A DNA stretch of 42,852 bases from an uncultured bacterium. GTDB lineage: Bacteria; Fidelibacterota; Marinisomatia; Marinisomatales; AB-629-J13. Below, in pieces: positions 29,902-39,278 of this stretch (position 1 is its first letter; every line of letters starts with the position of its first letter). A program made the position numbers and the translations under genes. Location: contig CAZSIH010000006.1 in assembly GCA_964606925.1 (NCBI GenBank), positions 1-42,852 of the forward strand, read 5' to 3'. The notes under the pieces were generated by a model that worked only from the letters and a program-made list of their open reading frames with translations, was not told where the DNA came from and did no database searches.

Positions 29902-30818
29902 TCACCAGTATTCTTTACCTGATCTTTGGATCAATTTTATTATTTTTTGGAGCAGACTGGATGGTGAAATCGTCTGTTCATATAGCTACAAAATTAAAAA
30001 TTTCCAGGTTTGTAATTGGGCTTACAATTGTTGCATTCGGTACATCTCTTCCTGAGTTGGGTGTGAGTTTAAAAGCAGCATTATTTGATAAATCTGGAAT
30101 TGCAATAGGGAATATAATCGGATCCAATATAACCAATGTACTTTTGGTATTAGGATGTTGTTCGTTGATCAGTCCAATAACAATTTCATTTACAAAAATC
30201 AAAAGAGATCTGTTGATATATTTAGGTGTCTGTGTTGTCCTGATTTTATTTTTGTGGAATGGTAATTTAGATCGATGGGAAGGAATTCTCTTGTTCGCCG
30301 GTGTTATAATTTACACTATTTATTCTTTTAGGACGGGTAATTCCCAGGATGAAGAATTTGAAGACTCAATTTCCTCATGGCGATGGACAATTTTACTTTT
30401 AGTGTTAGGTATCGTATTGCTTTATATTGGATCTGAAATTTTTATTGAAGGGGCCATCCTTTTTGCAACAATCATGGGAATAAGCGAATTAATCATAGGG
30501 ATGTCTGTGGTTGCCTTAGGAACATCCATCCCTGAATTAGTGACTTCCGTAGTTGCTACCGTTAAAAAAGAATATTCTATTTCAATAGGCAATATTATTG
30601 GTTCCAATTTATTTAATATATTATCTGTATTGGGATTAGTCTCTATTATTACACCTTTATCTGTTGAAAAAAGCATTTTTAATTTTGAAATTCCTTTCAT
30701 GATTGGAACCGGACTATTATTAATACCCATTGGTTTCATGAATAAACCAATTTCAAAAGGGATTTCCATTTCTATGCTCCTAGGATATACCGCATTCATT
30801 TTTATATTATTCATTTAG
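29898..30818 (+). CDS. Calcium/sodium antiporter (YrbG family)
   Basis: Two alpha repeats GTSLPE...GNIIGSN and GTSIPE...GNIIGSN. Confidence 0.93.
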   Translation: MITSILYLIFGSILLFFGADWMVKSSVHIATKLKISRFVIGLTIVAFGTSLPELGVSLKAALFDKSGIAIGNIIGSNITNVLLVLGCCSLISPITISFTKIKRDLLIYLGVCVVLILFLWNGNLDRWEGILLFAGVIIYTIYSFRTGNSQDEEFEDSISSWRWTILLLVLGIVLLYIGSEIFIEGAILFATIMGISELIIGMSVVALGTSIPELVTSVVATVKKEYSISIGNIIGSNLFNILSVLGLVSIITPLSVEKSIFNFEIPFMIGTGLLLIPIGFMNKPISKGISISMLLGYTAFIFILFI

Positions 30819-30830
30819 CAAATATTTAAT

Positions 30831-31496
30831 ATGATCTTATTTCAGAATGTATCACTTCAGTACGAGCCTGAAGCCGGTGTTCAAGATATTACATTTCAAA
30901 TCCAACCGGATGAATTTGCTTTTCTGATCGGTCCCACAGGTTCGGGAAAATCCACCATTCTGAAATTGATTTATATGGAGCTGTTTCCTGATAGCGGAAC
31001 CATTGAAATATTAGGATTTTCTTCAAAAAAAATTAAAAAAAGGAAAATTCCATTATTGAGAAGAAAAGTGGGAATGATATTTCAAGATTACAGGTTATTA
31101 AGAGATAGAAATATCTTTGAAAATATTGCTTTACCCCTCCATGTTATTGGATACGGAAGGGAAGAAGTATTTGATCGGGTAAAAAATGTAATAATTGATG
31201 TGGGATTAGAAGGGAAAGAAAAGAGAAAACCGGATGAACTTTCAGGTGGAGAACAACAGAGAGCCTGCATTGCAAGGGCACTTGTGAAAGAGCCGGAAAT
31301 TATTTTAGCTGATGAACCCTCGGCTAATTTGGATCCTGATTCCGCCAGGAATTTGTTGGAATTATTAGAAAATATCCATTCAAATGGTACACTTGTTTTG
31401 ATGGCAACTCATCAATGGAAGCATTTTTATTTTGATTTAATAAAAGACCGGGAACATCGGATTTTTAATATTGAAAATGGACGGTTAGTTGATTAA
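30831..31496 (+). CDS. ftsE: Cell division ATP-binding protein FtsE
   Basis: [34 protein letters not shown]; upstream of ftsX. Confidence 0.93.
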   Translation: MILFQNVSLQYEPEAGVQDITFQIQPDEFAFLIGPTGSGKSTILKLIYMELFPDSGTIEILGFSSKKIKKRKIPLLRRKVGMIFQDYRLLRDRNIFENIALPLHVIGYGREEVFDRVKNVIIDVGLEGKEKRKPDELSGGEQQRACIARALVKEPEIILADEPSANLDPDSARNLLELLENIHSNGTLVLMATHQWKHFYFDLIKDREHRIFNIENGRLVD

Positions 31497-32359
31497 TGAA
31501 TAAAACTGTTTTTCTGATAGTAGAAGGATTAACAAATTTGTGGAGACATAAGGGTACAGCTTTTATCTCAATTATAACGGTTTGTTTGTCTCTTGTTTTT
31601 TTAGGACTTTTGTTAATCATCGATGAAAATTCTGATAAATTTCCGAAATTATTCCGATCAAAGTACAAGGTGGAGGTCTTTTTTAAAGAGGAAGTAACCG
31701 ATGAGGGTGCTGAGCATATTATCCGGCAGATTGCAACTCATTCTATAGTGAAAAAAGTAACTTTGGTCAAAAAGGAAGATGCACTCCATATTTATAAAGA
31801 TGAATTTGGGGAAAATGTTTTGGATATGTTAGGATTCAACCCATTTCCTGCAAGTTGTATCATTAAATTGCAGGAACAGAATTTTGCAACAACCAAAGCA
31901 GAATCACTACTAAGGAAGATAAAGAAAATCAAAGGAGTTTCATCTATTTATTATCAGGGAAAATTGATTACAAGACTGGAAACTCTGTATGGTTACTTTC
32001 TGGGTTACATGAAAATTCTGGTAGGAGTTGTATTGATGATTTCCATTCTCTTTATTACCAATACGATAAAACTGACCATTTATGCACGTTCCGAATTAAT
32101 TCAGAATTTAAAATTGATAGGAGCTACAAATATCTTTGTAAAGATTCCATTTATATTTGAGGGAATGTTTCAATCAATCACCGGAGCATGTCTTGCTTAT
32201 GGGATTTTGATTATTATGATGGATGGGTTAAACAGCATATTGAATGAGTGGGTTTCTATTCAATTGAATATGGATGGATTATTGCCTGTTTGGTTAATAA
32301 TCGTTTCTACCACAATTGGTTTGATAGGCAGTTTAAAGGCGGTGTCAAAATTTCTTTAA
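31496..32359 (+). CDS. ftsX: Cell division permease FtsX
   Basis: TM1, periplasmic NP.P.S, I.NTIKL.IYAR..I...KLIGA...F...PF..EG. Confidence 0.93.
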   Translation: MNKTVFLIVEGLTNLWRHKGTAFISIITVCLSLVFLGLLLIIDENSDKFPKLFRSKYKVEVFFKEEVTDEGAEHIIRQIATHSIVKKVTLVKKEDALHIYKDEFGENVLDMLGFNPFPASCIIKLQEQNFATTKAESLLRKIKKIKGVSSIYYQGKLITRLETLYGYFLGYMKILVGVVLMISILFITNTIKLTIYARSELIQNLKLIGATNIFVKIPFIFEGMFQSITGACLAYGILIIMMDGLNSILNEWVSIQLNMDGLLPVWLIIVSTTIGLIGSLKAVSKFL

Positions 32360-32386
32360 TTATTTTTAATAGAAACGCCTACTTCC

Positions 32387-32416
32387 TTGACATTAGAATC
32401 CTGACTTGGTTAATTT
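32387..32416 (+). promoter_or_regulatory. Putative sigma70 promoter of hrcA-grpE-dnaJ
   Basis: Perfect TTGACA (32387-32392), N18, TAATTT (32411-32416). Confidence 0.55.
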
Positions 32417-32423
32417 TTACGTT

Positions 32424-33458
32424 ATGATTAAACACGAAAAATATAGTTTGACCCGGAGGGATAAAAAAGTATTAAAGGCGACAATTGATGAATTTATCAC
32501 ATTAAATCAGCCGGTAGGATCAAAATTTTTAAAAGAACAATATACTTTTAGGTTTAGTCCTGCAACCATCAGAAATATTTTATCAAAATTAGAGTCCTAT
32601 AATTTATTAACTCATATTTATACATCTTCCGGAAGGACACCGACGAATAAAGGGTATCGTTATTATGTGGATAAATTTGATTCAAATTTTTCTTCACATC
32701 TTATACATGTTTATAAATCCCATTTTAAAAAGTTAGAATCTCTTGCTTCTGATGTAGACTTATTAATGGAATCCACCGCAACTCTCTTATCAAAAATTAC
32801 CAAATTATTCGGATTGGTTATGCTTTCCGGAATCGAGAAGAGTGCCCTGATTAATATAGAATTGGTTCATATTTCTTCAGAAAGAATATTGATTGTTTTG
32901 GCACTTGAATCCGGTCTTATTAAAAATATTGTATTAAATCTCAAATGTGAGATTAAGAAAAAGGAAATAAATAAAATAACCGAATTTCTGAACGAAAAAT
33001 TACTGGGGTTGACTTTAAATGAAATAAATGAAAGTATAAAAGGAAGATTGAAAGAATCAGATATTTATCATCATGAAATTGTCCAAATATTAATTGAACA
33101 CCCTTCGATCAATGAAACCAAAGGAGAACAGCCAGTCATTTATACCTCCAATATTCATGAATTACTCAAACAACCTGAATTTCAGGAAGCATCCATAATC
33201 CGGAAAACTCTGGAAGCACTGGATTCAAAACAATTTCAGTCTTGTTTCACATCTTTTAATGATGATAATAATGGGTTTACGCTCATTGGTGATGAACACG
33301 AATTTGAATTAATGGATCATTGTTCAATTGTGTCCTCCCCCTTTAAAGGAGAACAGTTAATGGGACAATTAGCGATAGTTGGTCCAACTCGAATACCCTA
33401 TCATCAAATTAAAAAAACATTAAACTATTTAGCGGAGGTCATGTCCCGTGTGTGCTGA
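32424..33458 (+). CDS. hrcA: Heat-inducible transcription repressor HrcA
   Basis: PVGSK.L, SPATIRN, TSSGR.PT.KGYRYYVD, VGPTR.PY. Start set at ATG 32424. Confidence 0.95.
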   Translation: MIKHEKYSLTRRDKKVLKATIDEFITLNQPVGSKFLKEQYTFRFSPATIRNILSKLESYNLLTHIYTSSGRTPTNKGYRYYVDKFDSNFSSHLIHVYKSHFKKLESLASDVDLLMESTATLLSKITKLFGLVMLSGIEKSALINIELVHISSERILIVLALESGLIKNIVLNLKCEIKKKEINKITEFLNEKLLGLTLNEINESIKGRLKESDIYHHEIVQILIEHPSINETKGEQPVIYTSNIHELLKQPEFQEASIIRKTLEALDSKQFQSCFTSFNDDNNGFTLIGDEHEFELMDHCSIVSSPFKGEQLMGQLAIVGPTRIPYHQIKKTLNYLAEVMSRVC

Positions 33459-34005
33459 TAAAGTTAAAAATGGACAGGGAGAGACAGTGGTTAAAAACGG
33501 AGAACCAAAAAAAAAGAAGACCATCATTCCAAAATTAAAGAAAAAAGATAAAACTCCAACGATTCAGGAAAAATACTCTATACTTGAAGATAAACATCTT
33601 AGGCTGAAAGCAGAATTTGAAAATTTCCGGAGGAGGAAAGAAAAAGAGATCATCCAGTATTTAGAATATGATGGAATACGATTCATTGAGAAAATATTGC
33701 CCATAGTTGATGATTTTGACCGAATGCTCCATGCAACCGGTAAAAGTTCGGAGAATATGAACAACGCTTCCATAAAAGAAGGGGCTGAGATGGTATTTAA
33801 AAAAATAATCAAATTTCTTGATGATACCCAGGTAAAACCGTTTGGAGAACCGGGGGATTTATTAGATTCAGATCTTCATGATGCTATGATGACTAAAACT
33901 GATAAGAAAAAGAAAGATGGAGAAATATTGGAAGTATTTGAAAAAGGGTACCGTTATAAAGAAAAAGTGATTCGTCATGCGAAGGTTATTGTGAATAAAA
34001 GATGA
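33448..34005 (+). CDS. grpE: Nucleotide exchange factor GrpE
   Basis: LRLKAEFENFRRR, LP.VDDF.R, H.AM, KGY....VIRHAKVIV. Confidence 0.95.
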   Translation: MCADKVKNGQGETVVKNGEPKKKKTIIPKLKKKDKTPTIQEKYSILEDKHLRLKAEFENFRRRKEKEIIQYLEYDGIRFIEKILPIVDDFDRMLHATGKSSENMNNASIKEGAEMVFKKIIKFLDDTQVKPFGEPGDLLDSDLHDAMMTKTDKKKKDGEILEVFEKGYRYKEKVIRHAKVIVNKR

Positions 34006-35093
34006 AAGATCTGTATGATATAATCGGTGTGAGTAAATCTGCATCAAAAGATGAGATTAAGAAAGCATACCGGAAAGTTGCCATGAAATATCATCCTGAT
34101 AAAAATCCGGGAGATAAGCAAGCAGAACAAAATTTTAAGGAAGCTGCAGAAGCGTACTCTGTACTGAGAGATGATCGTAAAAAAGCGCAATATGATCAGT
34201 TTGGTCATGCAGGAGTTGGAATGGGAGACCAGGGCGGAGGTCAGGGATTCAGTGGAATTCATATGTCTATGGATGATATTTTCGATCAATTTGGGGATAT
34301 TTTTGGAGGAACCCCATTCGAATCATTTTTCGGAGGAGGTCAATCAAGACGGCCTCGTTCCCGGGGATCAGATATTAAAATGAAATTAAAGGTTACTTTT
34401 GAAGAAATATTGGGTGGGATTGAGAAAAAAGTAAAATATAAACGCCGAATTCCTGATCCGGAAACAACTTTTATCAATTGCAGACACTGTGGTGGTTCAG
34501 GGCAGGTAACACGGATCACACAATCGTTTCTCGGACAAATGCGCAGTACAACTGTGTGTCCTCATTGTAATGGAACTGGAAAACAAGTTGGAACTCGTTC
34601 GAGACATGCAGGACCGGATGGATTGATCTTGGATGAAAAAACTATCTTAATAAAAATTCCTCCTGGGATTGAAGATGGTAATTATATGACCTTTGATGGA
34701 AAAGGACATTTTGGACATGGTGGAGTTCATCCTGGAGATTTGATTGTTTTTTTTGAGGAAATTCCCCATAAATATTTTACCCGGAATGAACGTGATGTTT
34801 TTATTGAAGTCAGGTTATCCTTTTCTCAGGCAGCCCTGGGAGATAAAATACAAATTCCTACACTGGAAGGAAAAGCATCATTAACAATTCCGGTAGGAAT
34901 ACAATCGGGCCAGATTTTGCGGATGAAAAGAAAAGGATTCCCAAAATTAAGGGGAGGAAGTCGTGGTGATCAATTAGTACATATTCAACTAAATACACCC
35001 CAATCCCTTAAGAGAAAAGAGAAAGAAATATTCAGCAAATTAACAGAGTTAAACGGAAAAGAAAAAACAACCTTTTCAAAAGTAAATTTTTAG
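34002..35093 (+). CDS. dnaJ: Chaperone DnaJ with reduced zinc finger
   Basis: J domain with HPD, G/F region with DIF motifs, two CxxCxGxG repeats, C-terminal domain. Confidence 0.95.
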   Translation: MKDLYDIIGVSKSASKDEIKKAYRKVAMKYHPDKNPGDKQAEQNFKEAAEAYSVLRDDRKKAQYDQFGHAGVGMGDQGGGQGFSGIHMSMDDIFDQFGDIFGGTPFESFFGGGQSRRPRSRGSDIKMKLKVTFEEILGGIEKKVKYKRRIPDPETTFINCRHCGGSGQVTRITQSFLGQMRSTTVCPHCNGTGKQVGTRSRHAGPDGLILDEKTILIKIPPGIEDGNYMTFDGKGHFGHGGVHPGDLIVFFEEIPHKYFTRNERDVFIEVRLSFSQAALGDKIQIPTLEGKASLTIPVGIQSGQILRMKRKGFPKLRGGSRGDQLVHIQLNTPQSLKRKEKEIFSKLTELNGKEKTTFSKVNF

Positions 35094-35094
35094 T

Positions 35095-35520
35095 ATGAAA
35101 GCATTCACTCAACAGGAAAAGAATGTAATCTTATTTTTAACAGTTTTTTTTGCAATCGGGATTATCGTGGGAACTATTAGAAATGGATCAATATTTTCGA
35201 GTCAAAAATCTACATTACAGGATAAATCAAAGTTTAAATCCTTAGCTAAATCTGTATATGATGATAATCAGGAAACTAAAATTGATAAATCCATTGCAGG
35301 TTCTCAAGGATTAATTAATATAAATGAAGCTGAAAAGGATGAATTGATCACTTTACCAAAAATTGGTCCGGTAACTGCTGAAAGAATTATAAGATATAGA
35401 GAAGATTATGGTAAATTTTCATCAGTGAATGAATTAAAAAATGTAAAAGGAATTGGTGATAAAACTATGGAGAAAATCTTGTCGTTAATAACGATTGAAT
35501 TTGAAGAAAAAAATAAATGA
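35095..35520 (+). CDS. comEA: ComEA family helix-hairpin-helix DNA-binding protein
   Basis: N-terminal TM; ININ.A...EL..LP.IGP..A.RII.YR...G.F.SV.EL..VKGIG.K. Confidence 0.92.
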   Translation: MKAFTQQEKNVILFLTVFFAIGIIVGTIRNGSIFSSQKSTLQDKSKFKSLAKSVYDDNQETKIDKSIAGSQGLININEAEKDELITLPKIGPVTAERIIRYREDYGKFSSVNELKNVKGIGDKTMEKILSLITIEFEEKNK

Positions 35521-36251
35521 ATAAAAAATTAAATGACCTTATAGAGTTAATAATTGTTTTTGGATTAGTATTTATTCTGTTTGCAATTTATGTCCCCGTG
35601 TCAATTTGGGAGGAAGAAGAACAATACGAAAATATTAGTCATTTTCGTATGAATACGATCAATCATATTCAAGAATTTTATAAGGGTCTTACTGGTGATT
35701 ATGCAACAAGTGGACTTTGGGCAATGAATGTTGTAAATGCCGTTAGAGATTCACTTACAGCAGATTCAACATATCTTGATAATCAGTTATTGGGATTATA
35801 TCAAAATAAAATTACCCTGAAAATACCAGACGGGTTTGATGTTGAATTTGATACAACATTCGGATTTCAGAGGTTTCGAAGGGATAGCATAATGGATACG
35901 ACGGTAAAAGTATTAACTTTTTCTGAGCAGTTATCCAGAAATGATACAGTTTACATTCAGAAAAAAAATCTACCTGAGATGTTAGAATCTGAAAATTTTC
36001 GTGAAATCTTGGGTGAAGAGTCTGTGAGCAGGGTTGAGGTGGTTGATTATTACGAGACATTCATGCCTGATACATCCATGTTTTATTGTCCTTTAACTAT
36101 GCAACCTTACAAGATAGAATTTATTAAGGATAAATTACGAATCGAATCCCCTATTGATCGTCTTTATAAAGAACCAAGATTCTTAATATTTTCTCTAAAA
36201 TCGCCAAACCACGGATTTATTGAAGACGGATTGCTGAGTTGGTCTAAATAG
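35517..36251 (+). CDS. Type IV pilin-like membrane protein lacking the prepilin cleavage site
   Basis: LIELIIV...IL.AI..P helix with Glu and Pro at pilin +5 and +22 spacing; I...Q..Y....G.Y; CP....Y. The ORF is solid; the product call is inference. Confidence 0.55.
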   Translation: MNKKLNDLIELIIVFGLVFILFAIYVPVSIWEEEEQYENISHFRMNTINHIQEFYKGLTGDYATSGLWAMNVVNAVRDSLTADSTYLDNQLLGLYQNKITLKIPDGFDVEFDTTFGFQRFRRDSIMDTTVKVLTFSEQLSRNDTVYIQKKNLPEMLESENFREILGEESVSRVEVVDYYETFMPDTSMFYCPLTMQPYKIEFIKDKLRIESPIDRLYKEPRFLIFSLKSPNHGFIEDGLLSWSK

Positions 36252-36260
36252 GTTTAATTA

Positions 36261-37925
36261 TTGTTAAACCTCGTTCTAACTGATTCGTCCCTTTATTGCG
36301 CTCAATGGGATTATCAGGAACGTAATCCGGTTTTATTTTCACTGGTAAAGGTTGATTACCATTCCTCTATTTCGTCAATAAGGTCAGATCCTGGTGAAGT
36401 TAAAAATACTATTTCAACTGCCATTTCCCAGGTAAATGACTTTAACAAAATCCATGGAACGACAGCACAGGTAATCTTTGATTGTTCACTCACTGAAAAA
36501 GATTCAATCATAATCGGAGATTTATCTGAGAACAGTGACATAGAAAAATTCCTTTTATGGACCTTAAAAAAACGGTGGGGAACCCAGATTAATAAACTAT
36601 CTTATTCGTTTATCCCGGGAAAATTTCATTATTATTATTTCGCATTTCCACGGATTCTTTTAGCTCAATTAAATAATATTTTAAATGAATTAGGGTTGAT
36701 GAATATTTCATTTCAGCCCATTGAATTGATTTTTAGATCAGCAGCAGGGGAGAACGGGGTTTTATTTAATGAGGGAAAATCGGATTCTTTTTTTAGTTTT
36801 ACTGAAAATGGGATCACGTCATGCAAAATATTAAAAAGAAAAGATCACTTTGTATTTGCGGATATCATAGGAAATGAGGAGGATATTAAAACCAACATAA
36901 ACGATGATAATTTTAATATTTTAAGTGCAGATAAAGTTAAAAAAGAAAATCAGGTCTGGAAAAACAGGAAAATCATACAGTTAACTCCATTACAGAATAT
37001 AATCACAGAAAGTATTGATTTTAAAATGGATATTTCTGACAGGATTTTAAATGCACTAGATCGCTCCATTTCACAACATTCCGAAGGGAATGATGTTAAT
37101 TATTTCTTAAATCCATTCATAAATATAATAGATCATGAAGAGTTGGGTAAGAGAAAACAAAGTCGGGTTTCGGGAAATGATTTCTTATTTGATAAAAAAA
37201 ACAAATCTGTAAATGAAGACCAAAAAGAAACTGGATCAAAATGGATCATGTTTCTACTATTAATTACTTTGTCAGGATTAATCCTTTTAAAGAATATCGA
37301 TTCAGAAAAATGGAAGGATGATCTGATAAGATTGTTTCATCCAACAAACGATACTGAACAGTCAACAGTTCAAATTTCAGGTAATTCAAAAGCCTACCAA
37401 TTTGAACCGTATGAAGAATATAATCTGTCCAGTGCTATTCTATATTCTGCTTTATACACTTTTGAAAGTATAGAAATAAATAATATAATATACTTATCTT
37501 CATCTGATAATAATTATACTATTGTTAGTTCAAGCGATACATTATTTCCGCTTTTGTCTTCAATTGGTGTGATTGACAATGAAATCATATTAAAAGATAA
37601 TCATTTTCAGACGGAATTTACTCTCAATACAAAAAAAACTAACCCGAACTCTTTTATACAAAGTGTTGAAGAAATCATCTCTATTTTTGGAAAAAGCAGT
37701 TCATTGACTTCTCACAGAAAATTGGAGACAAAGGAGAGTGAAAAATTTATTTATGATCCCCTTATTTTAAGTTTTAGTCAGATTGAGTCTCCATTGGGTG
37801 TGTTAAACCAAATGAAAGATTTAGGTGGAAACGTTCTCGTACGAAAAATTGAATACACTCCGTCAGATGAAAATAGGAAAAAACCAGGTTTGACAATTTA
37901 TCTTTCTGTTATTCAAATGGATTGA
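36261..37925 (+). CDS. Hypothetical bitopic membrane protein (possible PilM/PilN or GspL-like architecture)
   Basis: About 325-aa soluble N-terminus, one TM (WIMFLLLITLSGLILL), about 210-aa C-terminal domain; TTG start. Confidence 0.5.
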   Translation: MLNLVLTDSSLYCAQWDYQERNPVLFSLVKVDYHSSISSIRSDPGEVKNTISTAISQVNDFNKIHGTTAQVIFDCSLTEKDSIIIGDLSENSDIEKFLLWTLKKRWGTQINKLSYSFIPGKFHYYYFAFPRILLAQLNNILNELGLMNISFQPIELIFRSAAGENGVLFNEGKSDSFFSFTENGITSCKILKRKDHFVFADIIGNEEDIKTNINDDNFNILSADKVKKENQVWKNRKIIQLTPLQNIITESIDFKMDISDRILNALDRSISQHSEGNDVNYFLNPFINIIDHEELGKRKQSRVSGNDFLFDKKNKSVNEDQKETGSKWIMFLLLITLSGLILLKNIDSEKWKDDLIRLFHPTNDTEQSTVQISGNSKAYQFEPYEEYNLSSAILYSALYTFESIEINNIIYLSSSDNNYTIVSSSDTLFPLLSSIGVIDNEIILKDNHFQTEFTLNTKKTNPNSFIQSVEEIISIFGKSSSLTSHRKLETKESEKFIYDPLILSFSQIESPLGVLNQMKDLGGNVLVRKIEYTPSDENRKKPGLTIYLSVIQMD

Positions 37926-37931
37926 GAATAT

Positions 37932-38459
37932 ATGAGGATACTCAGCGGGATTTATAAAGGTGTGGATATTAAAACATCCTCGAAACAAAATTATAGACCG
38001 ACACAGACAAAAGTCCGGAAAAGCATTTTTGATTCGTTGGGTTCTCTGGAATATTGTACCGTTTTGGATTTATTTTCCGGTACCGGTATTTTGGGATTTG
38101 AATCAGCAAGCAGGGGAGCGCAATCTGTGGTTTTTGTTGAAAAAATTCCTTCCATTTATAGAATGTTAAAATCAAACGCATCCTTGTTTCCAAACAGTAA
38201 TTTTAGTATAAAAAGAAATGATGCAATTCAATATTTGAAAATATCTCAACCATTCGATTTAATAATTGCAGATCCGCCTTATAATTATTTTAACCGAAAC
38301 ACCGGAATAGATGTAGATTTATTCATTGACTTGATATTGGATAAATTAAATTTGCAGGGTAGATTTATTTTTGAATGTTCTAAAAGAATAAATTTCTGTT
38401 ACCCCGTAAAAACTAAAGTATTTGGAGAAACTAAAGTGTGTGTGGGAAGAAAAGAATGA
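37932..38459 (+). CDS. rsmD: 16S rRNA m2G966 methyltransferase RsmD
   Basis: MRI.SG..KG, RPT...VR..IF, LDLFSGTG.LG.E..SRGA, DPPY. Confidence 0.93.
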   Translation: MRILSGIYKGVDIKTSSKQNYRPTQTKVRKSIFDSLGSLEYCTVLDLFSGTGILGFESASRGAQSVVFVEKIPSIYRMLKSNASLFPNSNFSIKRNDAIQYLKISQPFDLIIADPPYNYFNRNTGIDVDLFIDLILDKLNLQGRFIFECSKRINFCYPVKTKVFGETKVCVGRKE

Positions 38460-38935
38460 AAAAAATAATATATCCCGGAACATTTGACCCAATTCACAAT
38501 GGGCATGTGGATATTGCAAAGCGGGCCTCAGCTATATTTGATGAATTGATTTTTGTTATAGCAGAAAATCCAAAGAAAACCCCGCTTTTTTCAATAGAAG
38601 AAAGAAAAATGTTTGTGGAAGATTCTGTGAGAAGTATTCAAAATATAAAAGTAATGTCAACAGGAAAACTCGTTGTGGAATTTGCAGTAAAAGAATCTGC
38701 AGTAGCAATTATCCGTGGGTTAAGACATGTAAGTGATTTTGAATTTGAATTTCAAATGGCATTAATGAATTACCATTTGAATCCAGATATTTCCACCATG
38801 CTTATGATTCCGGATGAAAAATATATTCACTTAAATTCCACAATAGTGAAAGAAGTGGCAGAATTGGGAGGGGATATTTCACAGTATGTACCAAAACTTG
38901 TTCTTGAACGTTTAAACACTAAGTTTAAGCGGTAA
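38456..38935 (+). CDS. coaD: Pantetheine-phosphate adenylyltransferase
   Basis: YPGTFDPIHNGH, IRGLR..SDFEFE.QMA..N. ATG at 38456. Confidence 0.96.
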   Translation: MKKIIYPGTFDPIHNGHVDIAKRASAIFDELIFVIAENPKKTPLFSIEERKMFVEDSVRSIQNIKVMSTGKLVVEFAVKESAVAIIRGLRHVSDFEFEFQMALMNYHLNPDISTMLMIPDEKYIHLNSTIVKEVAELGGDISQYVPKLVLERLNTKFKR

Positions 38936-38983
38936 TTATTTTATAAATTCCACCTCTTTTTTCTAACTTATAATTTTAATTAA

Positions 38984-39277
38984 ATGCCTACATACGATTA
39001 TAAATGTACCCAATGCGGACATGAATTTGAATTATTTCAATCCATGTCAGAAGATCACATTAAAAACTGCCCTGAATGTGAAGGGAAAGTCCGTCGTTTA
39101 GTGAGTGGTGGGTCCGGACTCATTTTTAAAGGTTCCGGCTTTTATCTGACGGATTATGTAAAACGAAAAGAAAAAGAGAAACCATCTTCCGAAAAAAACG
39201 GAAAAGAAAAGAAAAAAACTAAAACTGATAGTCCTAAGGAAAAGAAAACTGAATCAAAAAAAGTGATTAAAACCTGA
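38984..39277 (+). CDS. FmdB family zinc-ribbon protein with Lys-rich tail
   Basis: [26 protein letters not shown]. Confidence 0.9.
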   Translation: MPTYDYKCTQCGHEFELFQSMSEDHIKNCPECEGKVRRLVSGGSGLIFKGSGFYLTDYVKRKEKEKPSSEKNGKEKKKTKTDSPKEKKTESKKVIKT

Positions 39278-39278
39278 A

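Noticed and set aside
32393-32419. TTAGAATCC as a CIRCE half-site
   Set aside because: The match is weak and there is no complementary right arm at N9 spacing.
33507-33515. Poly-A tract in grpE as a phase-variation or frameshift site
   Set aside because: It encodes a Lys-rich N-terminus in frame, and such runs are expected in AT-rich DNA.
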